DNA of 63,772 bases, filler included, from Globobulimina sp. (taxonomy: Eukaryota): NCBI GenBank assembly GCA_003354225.1. It is 21 parts of 21 records of this genome, joined end to end, with 100 filler letters (N's around TTAATTAATTAA, not from the genome) between each part and the next. Parts side by side here need not be neighbours in the genome. Positions count along the whole stretch, not along the records: positions 42,604 to 45,542 come from PIVH01004284.1; positions 45,643 to 48,581 come from PIVH01004285.1; positions 48,682 to 51,620 come from PIVH01004286.1; positions 51,721 to 54,658 come from PIVH01004287.1; positions 54,759 to 57,696 come from PIVH01004288.1; positions 57,797 to 60,734 come from PIVH01004289.1; 15 more parts are not named here. One strand, given 5' to 3'. This document shows, in pieces, positions 45,445-58,975 of this stretch. Position numbers and translations under genes: made by a program. Every line of letters begins with the position of its first letter. Within the stretch, counting starts at the first letter, position 1. The notes beneath the pieces were generated by a model. That model made no database searches, was not told the DNA's origin, and was given only the letters and a program-made list of their open reading frames with translations.

Positions 45445-46411
45445 ACATTTGACAATGACAAGTTAGCACTTTGCACAGCAGTTGGTGCAAATTCGTAATT
45501 CGAAACAGCAGTTGTGACAAAATTCAGTTGACACTTGACAGTNNNNNNNNNNNNNNNNNNNNNNNNNNNNNNNNNNNNNNNNNNNNTTAATTAATTAANN
45601 NNNNNNNNNNNNNNNNNNNNNNNNNNNNNNNNNNNNNNNNNNTATTGCTCCGTATTAACAATGATAAATATGATACCTCCTATTCCTGGTGTAAAACATT
45701 GAACGTATTAACTGGTTATGTAAGCGATAAAATTGCCTGCAATTCCTATTCAAATGAATTAAATTATGATTATATATATAAAATTAGAATCTGTTAAGCA
45801 TATGAATATGAATTAGAAAATACACGAATTGGAAAACAAATTGAGATTGATAGATTAACAAATTTAATATCATTCGATAATGAAGATTCGCGTTTATTGG
45901 ATGCCAAAGCAGGCCATGATGAGAAAGAGCAGAGGCTACCCAATGAATAAATGATTTGGAAAACATGGATGATATGGAAATGGATAACAATCATGACATG
46001 GATTCAAATGAAGATAGCAGTTTTGATGCTGATTATGATTCGGAATATGATGGATTAACAATAAATGATTTAAAAACTGAATTGAATATGTTTCAAAAAT
46101 TAGAATATGAGGAAGAAATTGAAAGAGTAAACAAATTGTTAGAAAATTTCCAAATGGATTGTAAAAATATTGATATCGATGGAAGTTAATTTAAGTGGAT
46201 TAATACCAAAACATTTAGATAAACGGATGAAATTAAAATGTTATAATTATGCTATGTGATGGTTATCGTAAACAATGTATTGATCAACAGGTACCAAAGG
46301 ACATCACTCACACTTGATTTTAACATTTTATCCACTCATAAGGTGTGCTGATGTGAGTTCAGTTCTGTAGCAATCTTAAAAAACTTTCTTCGATCATTTC
46401 AACTTAGCATC

Positions 46412-46873
46412 ATGTCCTCTTCACAGTCACAGAGTGAAATTCCACATTATCGGCAATCGAATGGATATCATTTCTGTATCTTACTTTCAATTACAATATG
46501 TTTTGGATTATTAATATTTCTTCTATACAGTCTATGTGTGGATAACTTATCCTATATTTTCATATCATTTGTCGGTCTGATTCATGCACTTTTAGTATTC
46601 TCATTTGCTATCTATCAATTCAGGAAATCAAACCTTGTGGAAATGATCGATGAAGATCAGGAGAACGGACTTTCGTTAAATACAATAAGCACAGATGATG
46701 CACACGATTCGACGCATTTGGTGCTGACGCGCTTCAAATTATGTTCATATATTGTTTGCATCGCCGATTATATCGATACAAAGGCAATACTAAGCATACA
46801 AATAGAACAGAGACATCAAAGAATACTGACTACGCAAAGTCAAAACAATGTTGAAAAATACAATGAGCTATAA
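46412..46873 (+). CDS. Small hypothetical 2-TM protein
   Basis: 153-aa ORF with two hydrophobic segments. Confidence 0.45.
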   Translation: MSSSQSQSEIPHYRQSNGYHFCILLSITICFGLLIFLLYSLCVDNLSYIFISFVGLIHALLVFSFAIYQFRKSNLVEMIDEDQENGLSLNTISTDDAHDSTHLVLTRFKLCSYIVCIADYIDTKAILSIQIEQRHQRILTTQSQNNVEKYNEL

Positions 46874-46947
46874 ATATATACAAATTCTTGTCAGTTTCAT
46901 ATCGTTTTCACATATTTCGTGCAAGGATATCATCTTTAACTTGTTAC

Positions 46948-48581
46948 ATGATGTCTTCGTCGCGTTTATCCGCTCTAAAGCTGCACGATGCTGTATTATT
47001 GGGCAAAGCAATCGGCGTGGTTTTATATATTGGTCCAGTACATTGGATTGAAGACAAAACGAAGGTATATGTTGGTTTAGAATTAGCCGCAAAAATACCA
47101 AACGGACATGGCGGAACATATGACAATCAAACTTATTTTATTTGTAAACCAGAACAGGGAATAATATTACCGCTAAATAACATCGTCCGCATTATTAAAC
47201 CCATCGAATTGTTGCATAAATTGACTGAGGTGAAGCAAACATTGGTTATGGAAACAAATAAAAACAAAATCAAAATCAAAAGCAAGGATACTAATAATAA
47301 TACTGATCAACAAACACAGGTTCAAATAAATGGTATTCTATTGAATGAAATTAAAGAAAAAAACGAATACGAAATACAATTAAAAGACAATAAAAATAAT
47401 ATTGGATCACATTCAATAACATTACCAAAGGAATATGTACACATTTTGCTAAATGATGATGACAACGTTTCTGCCGACAATGTTGCTGAAAATAAAGAAT
47501 TCGAATTAGAGATAAAACCATTAATTTTAAAACCAACATCGACTGAAAATAACAATATAAAAGCCACTGAAAATAAATACAGACAAAATTCCAATGTACG
47601 CCGTTCATCCATATCAGGCCGCAAATATTCGGTGACAACGCGGCAAAATGGAATGTATGATTATTGGCGAAAATTTATAGCCACTGCGATTGGCGACGAT
47701 TCTGATAAAACTAGCTTTGATTTTATGTTGAATAATGGCTATATTTTAGAATGTGATGGGTTAACAAACTGTGCATCGATAAAACGGATCGAGTTTTTGA
47801 TGGAGTATTATGATGAATGGGTGTTTAGGAAATCAAATGATTTCGATATGTCAGATGTTGATCGAATGATTGATTTTTTAGACAATTTGGAAAGTTATAA
47901 TGTGATTAAATTGTTTAATGATTATTGCCATTTAATGGATTTTCATGTCGATAATATTTTGCAACCGATGGGGAACAACAAAGAATTATTTAACTGCACC
48001 AGAATGGATTGTGTTTGTTTGATGCGACATTATAAAGATTTATGTACGAAAAATAAAAGTTATTTACAGAAGAAAAAATTATATTTTATTGACGAAGATG
48101 ATACGGATGATTTTGACTATTATTTCTCTAAAAAAAAACAGAATTTTGATGAAAATGAATTAAAAAAAGAAAAAGAAAAAGTAAAACAAAAAGAAATTAG
48201 TCAAGAAATAATATTACAAGAAATTTTAGATAAAATACATTGTTTCTTGTGTCATAATTTAAAATGCGATTTTATAAATTCTAAAAATGAGAGAATCACA
48301 TTTTATAATAATAACAATATTGATATTAAACAATGTTTAGATGACAAGTTACAAGCAATGGTATTTAAGATTGTTAATAAAATGCCAGAATGGAAACGTA
48401 TTAAAAATATACGTCCCGCAACTAACGATTTATTGTTTGATAAATTTACGACACATTTATTAACGCCAGATATTAATAATAATGAAACAAAAGAAGAAGA
48501 AGAAAGTGAGGCAAATATTCAAATTGGAACAGATTTTGTTTATGAATTTATAGAAGCAAAATATAATCATTTAAAAAATGA
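46948..48581 (+). CDS. CAP-Gly domain protein carrying the same helical Cys/His module as the ART-like protein at 9616-11613, 3'-partial
   Basis: G.V.YIG........YVGLEL.....G..G......YF.C....G (CAP-Gly), then C.SI.R, L..Y....L.ND..HLM, C....C, EKIHC/DKIHC.L.H, AKY..LK. Confidence 0.75.
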
Positions 48582-48681
48582 NNNNNNNNNNNNNNNNNNN
48601 NNNNNNNNNNNNNNNNNNNNNNNNNTTAATTAATTAANNNNNNNNNNNNNNNNNNNNNNNNNNNNNNNNNNNNNNNNNNNN

Positions 48682-51620
48682 ACTTATCCTCTTCTTTCTT
48701 CATTTTACTATAATGCGCTTGTAAACACTTTACTTTTTCCGTCATATTTTCCATTCTTTCGCTCAAAAATGAATATTCATTCAATTTGATTATCAATGGA
48801 TCTAAGGATTCAATCATTGTACGACAAGAATGTTTGAATAACATATCTGAACTGTTCTTATATTGCACAAACTTATCGCTCATATTTATGCATTTGCCTT
48901 CAAATTCATTCCGTTGATGACTTATTTCTTCAATAATCAACGCAGACTCATTCAATCTTTTATGCATATTTGCATTTCTATCCTCGCTTAATTCAATTTG
49001 CTTGCTCATTGCATCCATTTTAACGCCATATTGTTCCATTAATTTGCGTAATTGCTGGGTTGTGTCATTTAATTTTTCTGCATTTGATGCTAACGAGGAT
49101 CGTAACACAGCATTCTCTTCATTTAATTTATTCACTTCAACGTTTACTATTTGATATTGCGACCAAGAATGATCTCGCTCCAACTTCATAGAATGCATTA
49201 ACTTCGATGTGTGTGTCATTTTTGCTTGCAATCGTTCAATAAATTCACGATATGTTAGTAATTTATCCTTATACGCCGTTATAATGCGTTCCGTTTTACT
49301 GCCAACCTGCGATAATTCGACTTTATTTACAATACTTTCCAGACATATTTCAGCCTCCAATCTATGAATCATATCCTGTGCAGCATGCAATTCCTTTTCT
49401 TTTTCATTGTTATTATCTTCGACATTACCAAATAATTGTTCTAATAAAACATCATCATTGATGTCATCCAATTTTGTGTCGTTGAGAGCATTCAAATCCA
49501 TTCTAGTTAATATATACAACAATGAGCTATGCAACTTATTCAATACGGTGGGTATATCTTTCGCTATGCTTTCAAATTGTATTTGATACTTTGATGACTG
49601 TGCACAAGTTCCATTGATACGTTGTTCCATATATCCAACCATATAATCGGTCCAATATTCCACATCATTTAATTGTTTCTGTAATGTTGCATTTTCATTA
49701 TATGTAACGTCAACATGTTGTTCCATATTGTTCCATTCATCTGCGATTTTATGAAAATCATTTAACGCATCATCTCTCTCTTTGCGAGTTGTATCTAACG
49801 CGGACTGCAATGTTTTGATGGTTTGATTGTGATTCGATTGTTGAATGTTATTAGTTGTTGACAGTAAAGATTTAATGGTGGCATGTTTCTCATTTATTTC
49901 ATTTTTCAATTGATTAATTAATCCAATTTGATGATTACACTGCGATTGAATATCATCGACACGAAATGATTTATTTGAAGTCAATGAGAGCGCGGATAAA
50001 TTGGAGTTATTTGTTGCACTGTTTCGTAATAATCCAAGCTGTACATTGGATAAATTATCCTGTAAACCATGGATTCTTTGCGACCAATTCCTAGTCACAC
50101 TCTACAGCAAAACACAGAAAAAACATTTTGAATTTTGTATCAAAAATATATTATATACTAAACTATAAATATCTGTTCCACAGAGTCCATTTGCTTCAAA
50201 TGTTGTGTCATAACTTTAGCCAATAAATTATTTACTTCTTTTGCTTTGATTTGATTATTTTTTACTGAATCTGCAATAATTTCTATACATTGATTCATAT
50301 CTATATCACCAATATCTTGTTTATTTGTAACACGCACTGCGATCTGTTGTAACTGTTGAGTGGCATCAAAAATGGTAGCATATAATTTCTGTAACTCCTT
50401 AGTTGTTTCATTTGATTTGTGATCCATTTGTAATTTGTCATTGGTTAAAGTGGTATATTTATCCTGTAATGTTTGCCATCGTTGCTGTTGATTCGTGCAT
50501 TGTCCTTCCAATTCATTGATTATATTTTTCGATGCTTCGATATCATTTTCATAGTTTGTTAAATATGAAGAAAGTTCATTGTTGTGTTGGTTTAATTGAT
50601 CACATTTATCGATGACACCAATTAATGATTGCAATAACGTATCTATTTCTGATTTAGAATCAACTGACATTGAATTCAATTCCTTTGAGACATTGTTATT
50701 ATTTGATTTTATTTGGTTTTGCATTAATTTTGTGATTGAATGAATATTATCTATCAATGTTTCATTTTCTTTGCTAATTGTAATCATTTCGTCATTTTGT
50801 GTATCAATTAATCGTTTTAATGTATTCATATTTTCAGTTTCTGAAATACTGCGTTGATTCAATTCGTTCTTTAAATTATTTGTTTGTTGTTTATGTTGAG
50901 ATTTTGATGTCGAATATTTCTCAAAAATGTCATAATATTTATTTTGCCATTCTTTAATTTCATTATAATTTTCTTTTATATTTGAGGATAAATTCTTATT
51001 TATTTCTTGTACTTGTGATAATCTCTTATTTTTCTGTTCATATTCACTTAGTCTCTCTACAATTTCTACACATTTTTTATCTTTTTCTTCAATCTCACTT
51101 TCTAACTCGTCGATATTCTGCGATAAATCCATAATTTCAGTTTCTTTTGATTTTAATTCATTGAATAAATTTTTATTTCTTTTCCTTTCACTGCGAAGAA
51201 ACACATTTGTTTCAATTAGCTCTGTATTTACATGCTCCAATTTATTCGCTAACCGCTGGTTCTGCGCTCTTAGCATTCTCAGTTCTTCGTCGCGTACATC
51301 AATGTACATTGAATCATTATCTTCTATGTCATCATGCGTTGTATCACTATCTTCTATGTCATCGTGCATCGAAGCGTTGCAATCCAGCACAATTTTACGG
51401 TCTAAAAACAAGCAAAAAACACAAATTCCGACGTTTGAAAAATAAAAAAAAATGTACAAAATAAATTGTTAACTTTTGGTTAACAAACTGGGCGAATTTG
51501 ATGTCGATTTGGGTACATTTTGAATGTGATGCTTTGGTTGAACTTGAATTGGTGAGATTGATGTTGATATTGATATGGATTTATGTTCTTCTTCTTCCTC
51601 TTCTTTCTTGTCTGGCAGAT
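48682..51620 (-). CDS. Long coiled-coil protein, 3 exons, partial at both ends
   Basis: Two long heptad-rich ORFs joined by GT-AG intron 50102-50163; another probable intron at 51402-51473. Confidence 0.75.
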
Positions 51621-51720
51621 NNNNNNNNNNNNNNNNNNNNNNNNNNNNNNNNNNNNNNNNNNNNTTAATTAATTAANNNNNNNNNNNNNNNNNNNNNNNN
51701 NNNNNNNNNNNNNNNNNNNN

Positions 51721-52619
51721 TTAACATTCACAACATTCACACCATGAATGGTGATTATAATACATATAAACTAACTAAATATTTAAATCCGCATTTAATT
51801 GGTGTGGCAACCACTGAAAAGAAAGATGATTTATTACATATATATTTAATGGATGGTATAACGGGAAGGATATATTTGCATCAATTTCATAATGATGCAG
51901 AGATAAGCGGTGGTATTTCCTTATTATTGTATGAAAATAAATTTGTGTATTCATTTTTTAGCAAACAATCGTTATTAACCGAACTACATTCGATTGATTT
52001 ATGGCAATCCAATCCAGCATCTGTACCAACAAAAGGCAGAACGCCGTCGGAAGGATATATTGTAACTGATAACCCCTTACAAAATAACGTATTTTCATCA
52101 TTTAATGTGCCTTTACCATACATGACCTCACAAGCCTATAATTTCCAGCTATCGATTGATAAATTATTGTGTGTCTCCAATACCAGATATTCTGTAGCGA
52201 ATAAATTGATTTTAGCGAAATTATCGAGTGGAAGTATTATACAAATTGATAGTAAATGGTTGAATACGCGGCGGCCAATGACGCACGAACCAACGCAGGC
52301 AAATAAAGAAGAACAATTAATACCGTATAAAAAGAATATCCCGTTCAGCAATTTATGGACTTTATCGCATTCAAATACTTTAAATAGAATAAGCAATGCT
52401 GTTTCTGTGGGTACACCAATTGAGTCAACGTCCTTATTTTTTGCTTATGGCAATTTAGATTTATTTTATACATTACTTACGCCCTCCAAGAATTTTGATA
52501 CTATTCCATCTGATTTTGATTATCCAATGTTAGCAATAATATTATCAGGAGTTGTTGTGGCAATTGTTGTGGCTAAAAAAATGGTGCAATCTAAAAAAAT
52601 CAAAAAAGAATGGAAATAA
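51721..52619 (+). CDS. EMC1: ER membrane protein complex subunit 1, C-terminal part
   Basis: KYLNPHL, D..TGRI, EN.FVYSF, L..RRP, EE.LIPY, ESTSL.FAYG.DLF....PSK.FD....DF, then a TM and KKEWK end. Confidence 0.9.
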
Positions 52620-52733
52620 TTAATATAACTGACAAAATATAATAATTAATTTAACTATGACAACTATTCTTGTTTTCGATTCTTAGTCAGTCAGTCGACT
52701 CAAAATCATCTCTTGCTTTGGCTCCAAAATCAA

Positions 52734-53387
52734 ATGGTTCTTCTGTGTATTGTAACATTTGTTTTACTTTGTTTTGTAAATGTAATTATGAGCTTAAGTG
52801 GTAATGAACAATGCTCGTTGGAGAAGAAGGTATTGAATGAAGAGTTTAAATCTCAACATTCAGCACAAATAAATGTTGATATTTTTAGTTACATGGGGTA
52901 TTATTCAACATATGGGAATTTCCACCCTCGTAATTTATTGTCAAAGGGAAAAACGGAATGGTATTGTTCTAAACTTGTAAAAGAAATGAAAGGAAATTAT
53001 TGGTGTGAAAAGGACTGGATTATATTTAAAATGGAGGACGAGCAAAATTCATATGTACTGAGCAAAATAACCATTTTAAACCACGACGCAGAAGCTGCAG
53101 TTCGATATTTATCTGTTTATGTTGGTGACCCAAATGTTGATATTGACCATGCTGAATGGTACAGAATGGAGGATAATCCATTAAAATTTAGTATGCAAAA
53201 TGATTATCAACAATCACGAGAATTTAACTATGATTCAATTGATTGGGATATAAATATTATTAAGTCAAGAAACTTAAAATATATAAAAATTGAATTATTG
53301 GATAATTGGATGGGTGATGGTCGTCGATTCATTGACAGTTGCAATTTTTTATTTTATCATGTATCATTTTTTGGATATAAACTGTAA
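52734..53387 (+). CDS. Secreted protein with discoidin/galactose-binding-like fold
   Basis: Signal peptide; S....FHP.NLL.....WY.S...DWIIF...KI.I.N...YIKIELLDNW...V.FFG. Confidence 0.55.
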   Translation: MVLLCIVTFVLLCFVNVIMSLSGNEQCSLEKKVLNEEFKSQHSAQINVDIFSYMGYYSTYGNFHPRNLLSKGKTEWYCSKLVKEMKGNYWCEKDWIIFKMEDEQNSYVLSKITILNHDAEAAVRYLSVYVGDPNVDIDHAEWYRMEDNPLKFSMQNDYQQSREFNYDSIDWDINIIKSRNLKYIKIELLDNWMGDGRRFIDSCNFLFYHVSFFGYKL

Positions 53388-53458
53388 ACTGACTATTAAA
53401 ATAATTAGTAAGTGATTTTATTTTCACAGCTGCACCAAAAACTTTTCTTCGAACGACA

Positions 53459-54658
53459 ATGTCTTGGAATTTGCAAAGTTTAAACCAGCACAATAATTCT
53501 TCTTTGTATCCGTTTAGAAACGCATTTCCCCATTCCACAAGACAACAATTTCAAAATGGAGCAATGCAACAATTTCGAAATAATAATCAAATCAATCAAA
53601 TCAAACACTACACAAACAATAACTTTAATAACCATAACAATACCAACAATACAAACGCGTATTATAGGAATAACACAATAAATCAGCAAATAAGAAAAAG
53701 TGGCGAGATATCAGAAAAGACAGTATCATCATCAATGATTCCTCAATTCACTCAATCCCAACTACACAATATTGCTTTACCACCATTACCAAAAGAATTA
53801 CAGCTCTTCAATGCGCCACCAAAAGAATTACAATTACAAATGCCAATTATTACTACAAAACCGATTCCAAAATCAATTCAAAAACAAATAAAAAGCGCTA
53901 CTTTTCAGAATCAACCAATGTTAAAATCAATGCAAATCAACAATTTATACACAGCTAATCCATTAAATGCTATGCACCCAAATGTTATGCATCCAAATGC
54001 TATACATACCATCAATATAAATAACATCAACAATATACATAATATCAATAATATAAAAAATGTAAATATAAATCCAAATTATAATATTATTAACAATATC
54101 ATCACACAAAACAATAATAATACTAATAATAATAATAAAATTATTCATCCCCAACAACTGCAAAATGTATTACAGCGTGGTCGTATCATGCAAAATAAAC
54201 CGAAAACATTGACGCAAAATCGCATCAAAGTGAAATTTAAACATCCGCAATTTAATAATGTAAACAAAGCACCACTGAAAAACACTAAAAACAAAACTCA
54301 ATTGACACCAATATTGGATGACGAATTATTTGTGGATGTTAACGGCGTGAAATGGGACAATACTGTTAATTGGACCTGCGGCGTCTGTGATGGCGCAGAC
54401 GCACAAAAAGAGAATGCATTGGTTGTTTGTGAGGGATGTTCGAGAGCTGTGCATCAACATTGTTATGGTATACCACCGCAGCAAATGACATCCGATAACG
54501 ATTGGTATTGCCAATCATGCAAATACAAACAATACATATTAAATAATACATTAATTAATAAATTGCGCACATTATACAATAAAAATAACAGAAACACAAA
54601 TAATACATCATTTACGGTGTCGCAGTTAGTGAATGGCATTGGTTGCAATAATAATAAT
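53459..54658 (+). CDS. N/Q-rich protein with BRPF/JADE/AF10-type PHD finger, 3'-partial
   Basis: CGVC.......N.LV.CEGC..AVHQ.CYGI........WYC..C (C4HC3). Confidence 0.85.
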
Positions 54659-55239
54659 NNNNNNNNNNNNNNNNNNNNNNNNNNNNNNNNNNNNNNNNNN
54701 NNTTAATTAATTAANNNNNNNNNNNNNNNNNNNNNNNNNNNNNNNNNNNNNNNNNNNNCTGATGACTGACTATAGCGACTGAGAGACTGTTTAATTTACT
54801 TTCCTTTATTTACGAAAGGGGTGATGTGGATTATTGCCACCCTATATAGGCTAGTTTGCCATTGACTTTATGTGTTGACTTCAGATTGTTTTGTTAACTA
54901 AGTTTTCTACTTTAAGACTCTACTCACCTTCGAATTACTTCCTTACATTCTAAACAACTTAGCAAGTCTCTACACTCCTTACATTTAATTCCCACTTAAA
55001 AAATACATATTATTGGCTTCAGTTCTTTGATCTGACACGTCCTAAAACTGTAAACTTGTCAAGTCATCTAATATAAAAAAGTGTAAATACATATCAACAA
55101 AACATAACAGACAAAACAAAGCAAACCAAAAAAACAAGAAAAAAGTAGTCGAGGTATGAAAATTGAAAATAAATTTGTTGCAAAGAAAAGACGAAAGAAA
55201 GTATTTAAAACAATTAATATCTAGAACAAAATACAACTT

Positions 55240-57696
55240 TTAAGGAGGACGTACTTTCCCTTCATTGACAAGCTTTTTATATCGATCCGATTGCATAAAT
55301 ATTGGAAACACTCTGGAAATCAATTCACCTTTAACTTCTTGTTTGGATTTATCAAATAACATCGGATTCAAATCGGTACTTTTCCCGGCCGTCAAAAATT
55401 GTGACATCGCTTCATGTCTAGTCATTCCTTGTATTTTCTCCAAAAATTTCTTCGAATCTGGCAAAAAAAATGTCTCTATGATTAATTTCGCGTTATTCCG
55501 CTGCGCAGCACGCGTTGACTTCGGATCTTGAGCGTAAGTCTTAAACTGTCCAGCCATTAAATAAAATTCCAACAACTTATAATCGTCAGTCTTCTTCTTC
55601 AAAAATTTTAAAAACGTTCGTAACAATGTAGTGTCATCCAAAAACGTCGACAAATCGCCCACTGGAACATTGCTCTCTGGCTCACTCTCCTCGGCAGCCT
55701 CCATATGCATCGGCGGAATATCAAATGACGCCATATCGCCCGGTGCGTCCGCTACAGCAACACCACCGTCACCATCACCATCCGCGCCACCTTCACCACT
55801 CATATCCTGTGCCGGTGCTACGTCGTGCACCACCACACTGAGACTTTTCTTATGTTCCATCTCCGGTTCATTACCAAATGGATCGTAATCTTTGTCCATA
55901 TGCGGGGCGCCGGGCATATAATTACTGGAAACATTTTCCATTTTCGGAAACTGTTGAAACGATGGCTGTGATTTTGCAGCTTCCGGTTCCTCCTCTTCCT
56001 CCTCTCCACTGTCATAATCTAAATTGGCCGCATCATTCAATTGCGCCGCACCAAAAGTCGGCGTTTTTTTATGTCCGACTTGATTGGCTCTGGCCGCTGC
56101 TTGTTGTATATACGACGATCGATTATCTTTCATGCCATACGGCAATGCATTCGGATTCGACGGCGGCGGCTTATTTACATTCGCTTCTTTCTTCTCTTCT
56201 TCCTTAACATCACTGCCAAACTGATTATATTTGCCTACATGCTGCATATCATCAAATTCCTCGTCAATGCCGTTTTCCTGCGATTTCAACAATTGTTTAT
56301 CAACAATGCTCTCCAATTTCTCCACGGTCACTGTCCGTTCGTTTTTTAACTCTCTGTAACTGCCCATATTCATTATATTGGGCGCCATGTGCTCGTCGTT
56401 GACATTGCTAACCACCGTCACCGTGGACAGCAACTCTCTGTGTCTGGCTCCATACGGTTTGTCCTCCTTCATTTCATACGCCGGGACCATATACTCATCG
56501 TTTTCTTCGTCCTCGGCCAATATGGATCGCTGTGGTTTGATGGCCAACCTTGGCGGCACGTCGTTGAACGATGAATGTTGCATTGGCTCCTCGCGCTTCT
56601 GTATAAATGACAACTGCTGCTTTTCTTTATTGATAATCCGTTGCTTCTGTACGTGGGGTCCGGGCATTTGCGATTGTCGTCTGGGCTGCGACTGCAATGG
56701 TTGTTGTGGTGGCTTGTTTACACCGATATGGTCCCTGGGCTTCATATTCAACAATCGATATAACTTATTATCCATCGCTTGATTGTCCGGATAAGTCACT
56801 AATAATTCATTCGTTTTGTCCAATATCTTATGCAAACCGTCCAACGTAGAGATCATGCCATCATCGAATAAATCTACCTTTGTAAAGGCAGGGTACATTT
56901 TGTTCATCAACGCGCTCTCTTTGCCCGAGGCGCGATATCCTTTCTTTGTCAGTTCTAACACGAAATTATGTGCGTTGGTGGGCACATTTTCATGCAAATC
57001 GGAGGGTAAATTGGTACAACGTTCGAACGTCTCCTCGAAACAACCAATCACTTGATCGAATATATTCATCGTTCGGCATTGTTTAAACAACCGTGGCACG
57101 AATAACTGCAAAGCTTTAATGGTGCCAATCTTGAGATATTCATCGCCGATCAACAAGCAAATACTAAATACATTGGACAGTGTCGCAGCATTGCTTGGTA
57201 TGAACACATCAATCAAATATTGACAAAAGTCGCCCAATGCCAACAACGTAGACGGTTCGTCCATAGTCCATGACGCCATCAATGCCGTAGCGATATGTGA
57301 CACCACGTCATAAATCCCGATATAAGTCTGTCGAAAATGAATATTTATTTTGCTCCACGCCGGCGACGCATACTGCGACAATGCCGACATATCATTAATA
57401 TCAATATCAGAGAGACGTATTTTATTATTGACGCCTTTCTCCTCTTTGATCACATTTTGCTGTATATACAACGCTAAGGTTTTGAAAATGCGCGCATTTT
57501 CCTTCCGCAATCTGTACACTGCGTCAGTTTTATCCCGCAACTCCTTATCCTCCTCCTTCTCCATATTGTCCTCCTCCTTATCCTCCTCCTTATTATCCTC
57601 CTCGCGATGCCCAGTGGTATGCTGATCGATATTATGCGATTCGAAATAATTGCCAGTCAATAAGGTGCAGGCATACGGCAAGAAAAACGACAAATT
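55240..57696 (-). CDS. Large protein with C-terminal RGS domain, 5'-partial
   Basis: L..FL.D......F..FL......LLEFY.....FK...AK.I...F......LFD....EV...L....FP.F..SD.Y. Confidence 0.8.
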   Translation of the reverse strand, partial: NLSFFLPYACTLLTGNYFESHNIDQHTTGHREEDNKEEDKEEDNMEKEEDKELRDKTDAVYRLRKENARIFKTLALYIQQNVIKEEKGVNNKIRLSDIDINDMSALSQYASPAWSKINIHFRQTYIGIYDVVSHIATALMASWTMDEPSTLLALGDFCQYLIDVFIPSNAATLSNVFSICLLIGDEYLKIGTIKALQLFVPRLFKQCRTMNIFDQVIGCFEETFERCTNLPSDLHENVPTNAHNFVLELTKKGYRASGKESALMNKMYPAFTKVDLFDDGMISTLDGLHKILDKTNELLVTYPDNQAMDNKLYRLLNMKPRDHIGVNKPPQQPLQSQPRRQSQMPGPHVQKQRIINKEKQQLSFIQKREEPMQHSSFNDVPPRLAIKPQRSILAEDEENDEYMVPAYEMKEDKPYGARHRELLSTVTVVSNVNDEHMAPNIMNMGSYRELKNERTVTVEKLESIVDKQLLKSQENGIDEEFDDMQHVGKYNQFGSDVKEEEKKEANVNKPPPSNPNALPYGMKDNRSSYIQQAAARANQVGHKKTPTFGAAQLNDAANLDYDSGEEEEEEPEAAKSQPSFQQFPKMENVSSNYMPGAPHMDKDYDPFGNEPEMEHKKSLSVVVHDVAPAQDMSGEGGADGDGDGGVAVADAPGDMASFDIPPMHMEAAEESEPESNVPVGDLSTFLDDTTLLRTFLKFLKKKTDDYKLLEFYLMAGQFKTYAQDPKSTRAAQRNNAKLIIETFFLPDSKKFLEKIQGMTRHEAMSQFLTAGKSTDLNPMLFDKSKQEVKGELISRVFPIFMQSDRYKKLVNEGKVRPP

Positions 57697-57796
57697 NNNN
57701 NNNNNNNNNNNNNNNNNNNNNNNNNNNNNNNNNNNNNNNNTTAATTAATTAANNNNNNNNNNNNNNNNNNNNNNNNNNNNNNNNNNNNNNNNNNNN

Positions 57797-58701
57797 GCAC
57801 TCACTTTCCCTGCTACGGAATGGCTGAGACCATACCATTCAACAATAGCCGTATCCATGAGACACAGAGTGAGTACGCTCCAAATGCTGCCATACAATGA
57901 GGCCCAAAACATTGCCTCCGTGTGGGTTGCACCAAAACTAAATATATTCTTCTTTTCGTAATTACTGGTCAATGAATCTGCAGTGACCCCCAACATCATC
58001 AAAATAACACCGTAAGAGTTGAATGTCGGCGCATCTGCAGCCTCGCCAGAACAAAATAGAATTATTCCAAACGTCAATACTGCAACGGACAGGATCTCAT
58101 TTAAAGTGAATATTTTGCCAACATACAAGTATTCCAACATCATGGTTGGAACCGGTTTTGCGCCTTTAAATATAATCCGGGTCGGATATGATAAGTATTT
58201 TAAGCCCCAATTTGTGAATAACATGCCGCTGAATGTTAGAAAGGATAAAATGAAATAATTCTTTCTTGGCGCTTTTGGCTCGAAAATAGAGCCTTGAGTT
58301 CCAAATGAAGTCATCATTTCAGCCAATGCACAAAATGTAAATGTTATGGTTTGAATAACTGTCATAAATTTGGGATAATCAAATCCTGGAATGGAGGTAA
58401 CTTTTTCTTGTAAAAATGCAAACATTAATGAACATATTATAGCGCAAAATGATAATGATATAAATAACAATGTTGAATTTGATACAATAAAATATGGGAT
58501 GGGAAAACTAAAGATCCGGATGGATGAAGGTGCCATCGGTGACTTATGTTTTGAGCCATTACCTGTGTTTTTTGTATTAACGTTGTTCGTATTATTAATA
58601 TTGTTTGGAATCAATGACTCGGTCACTTGTTCATGATCAGGCATATTCAATTCAGCATCATTGTGCATGGTTTTTATTCTTCCAAAAAGGCTGCCATGCA
58701 T
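57797..58701 (-). CDS. SLC35B-family (UAA) PAPS/nucleotide-sugar transporter, 3'-partial
   Basis: LQE, N..L.YLSYPT.IIFK.AK.VP.M, AD....NYE; multiple TM segments. Confidence 0.88.
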
Positions 58702-58975
58702 ATATGAGAAAGTGGGAAAACTTGAGAATTTTGTTATTAAAAAACAGTCTGACCTGAATCATGCATGCCAGAGACTCGCACTTCACTCTCAAATCATGAT
58801 CACAAGTTAGTTGAGGACTTGAGGTGTGCTATTTGCATGATTGTACGTATTGATATGATCGAACCCATTCATAAAAGAACAATCAACTCATAAATTAATT
58901 GCACAACACAATCAGATCTCGTTTTGGAAACAACCCTGATCAGCGACCATGTCTATTGCAAAATATTATTATATT

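Noticed and set aside
45643-46189. Acidic ORF fragments as a gene
   Set aside because: Several in-frame stops and no recognisable domain. At most a pseudogene.
55265-57625. Many plus-strand ORFs opposite the RGS gene
   Set aside because: Antisense shadows of a more GC-rich coding strand.
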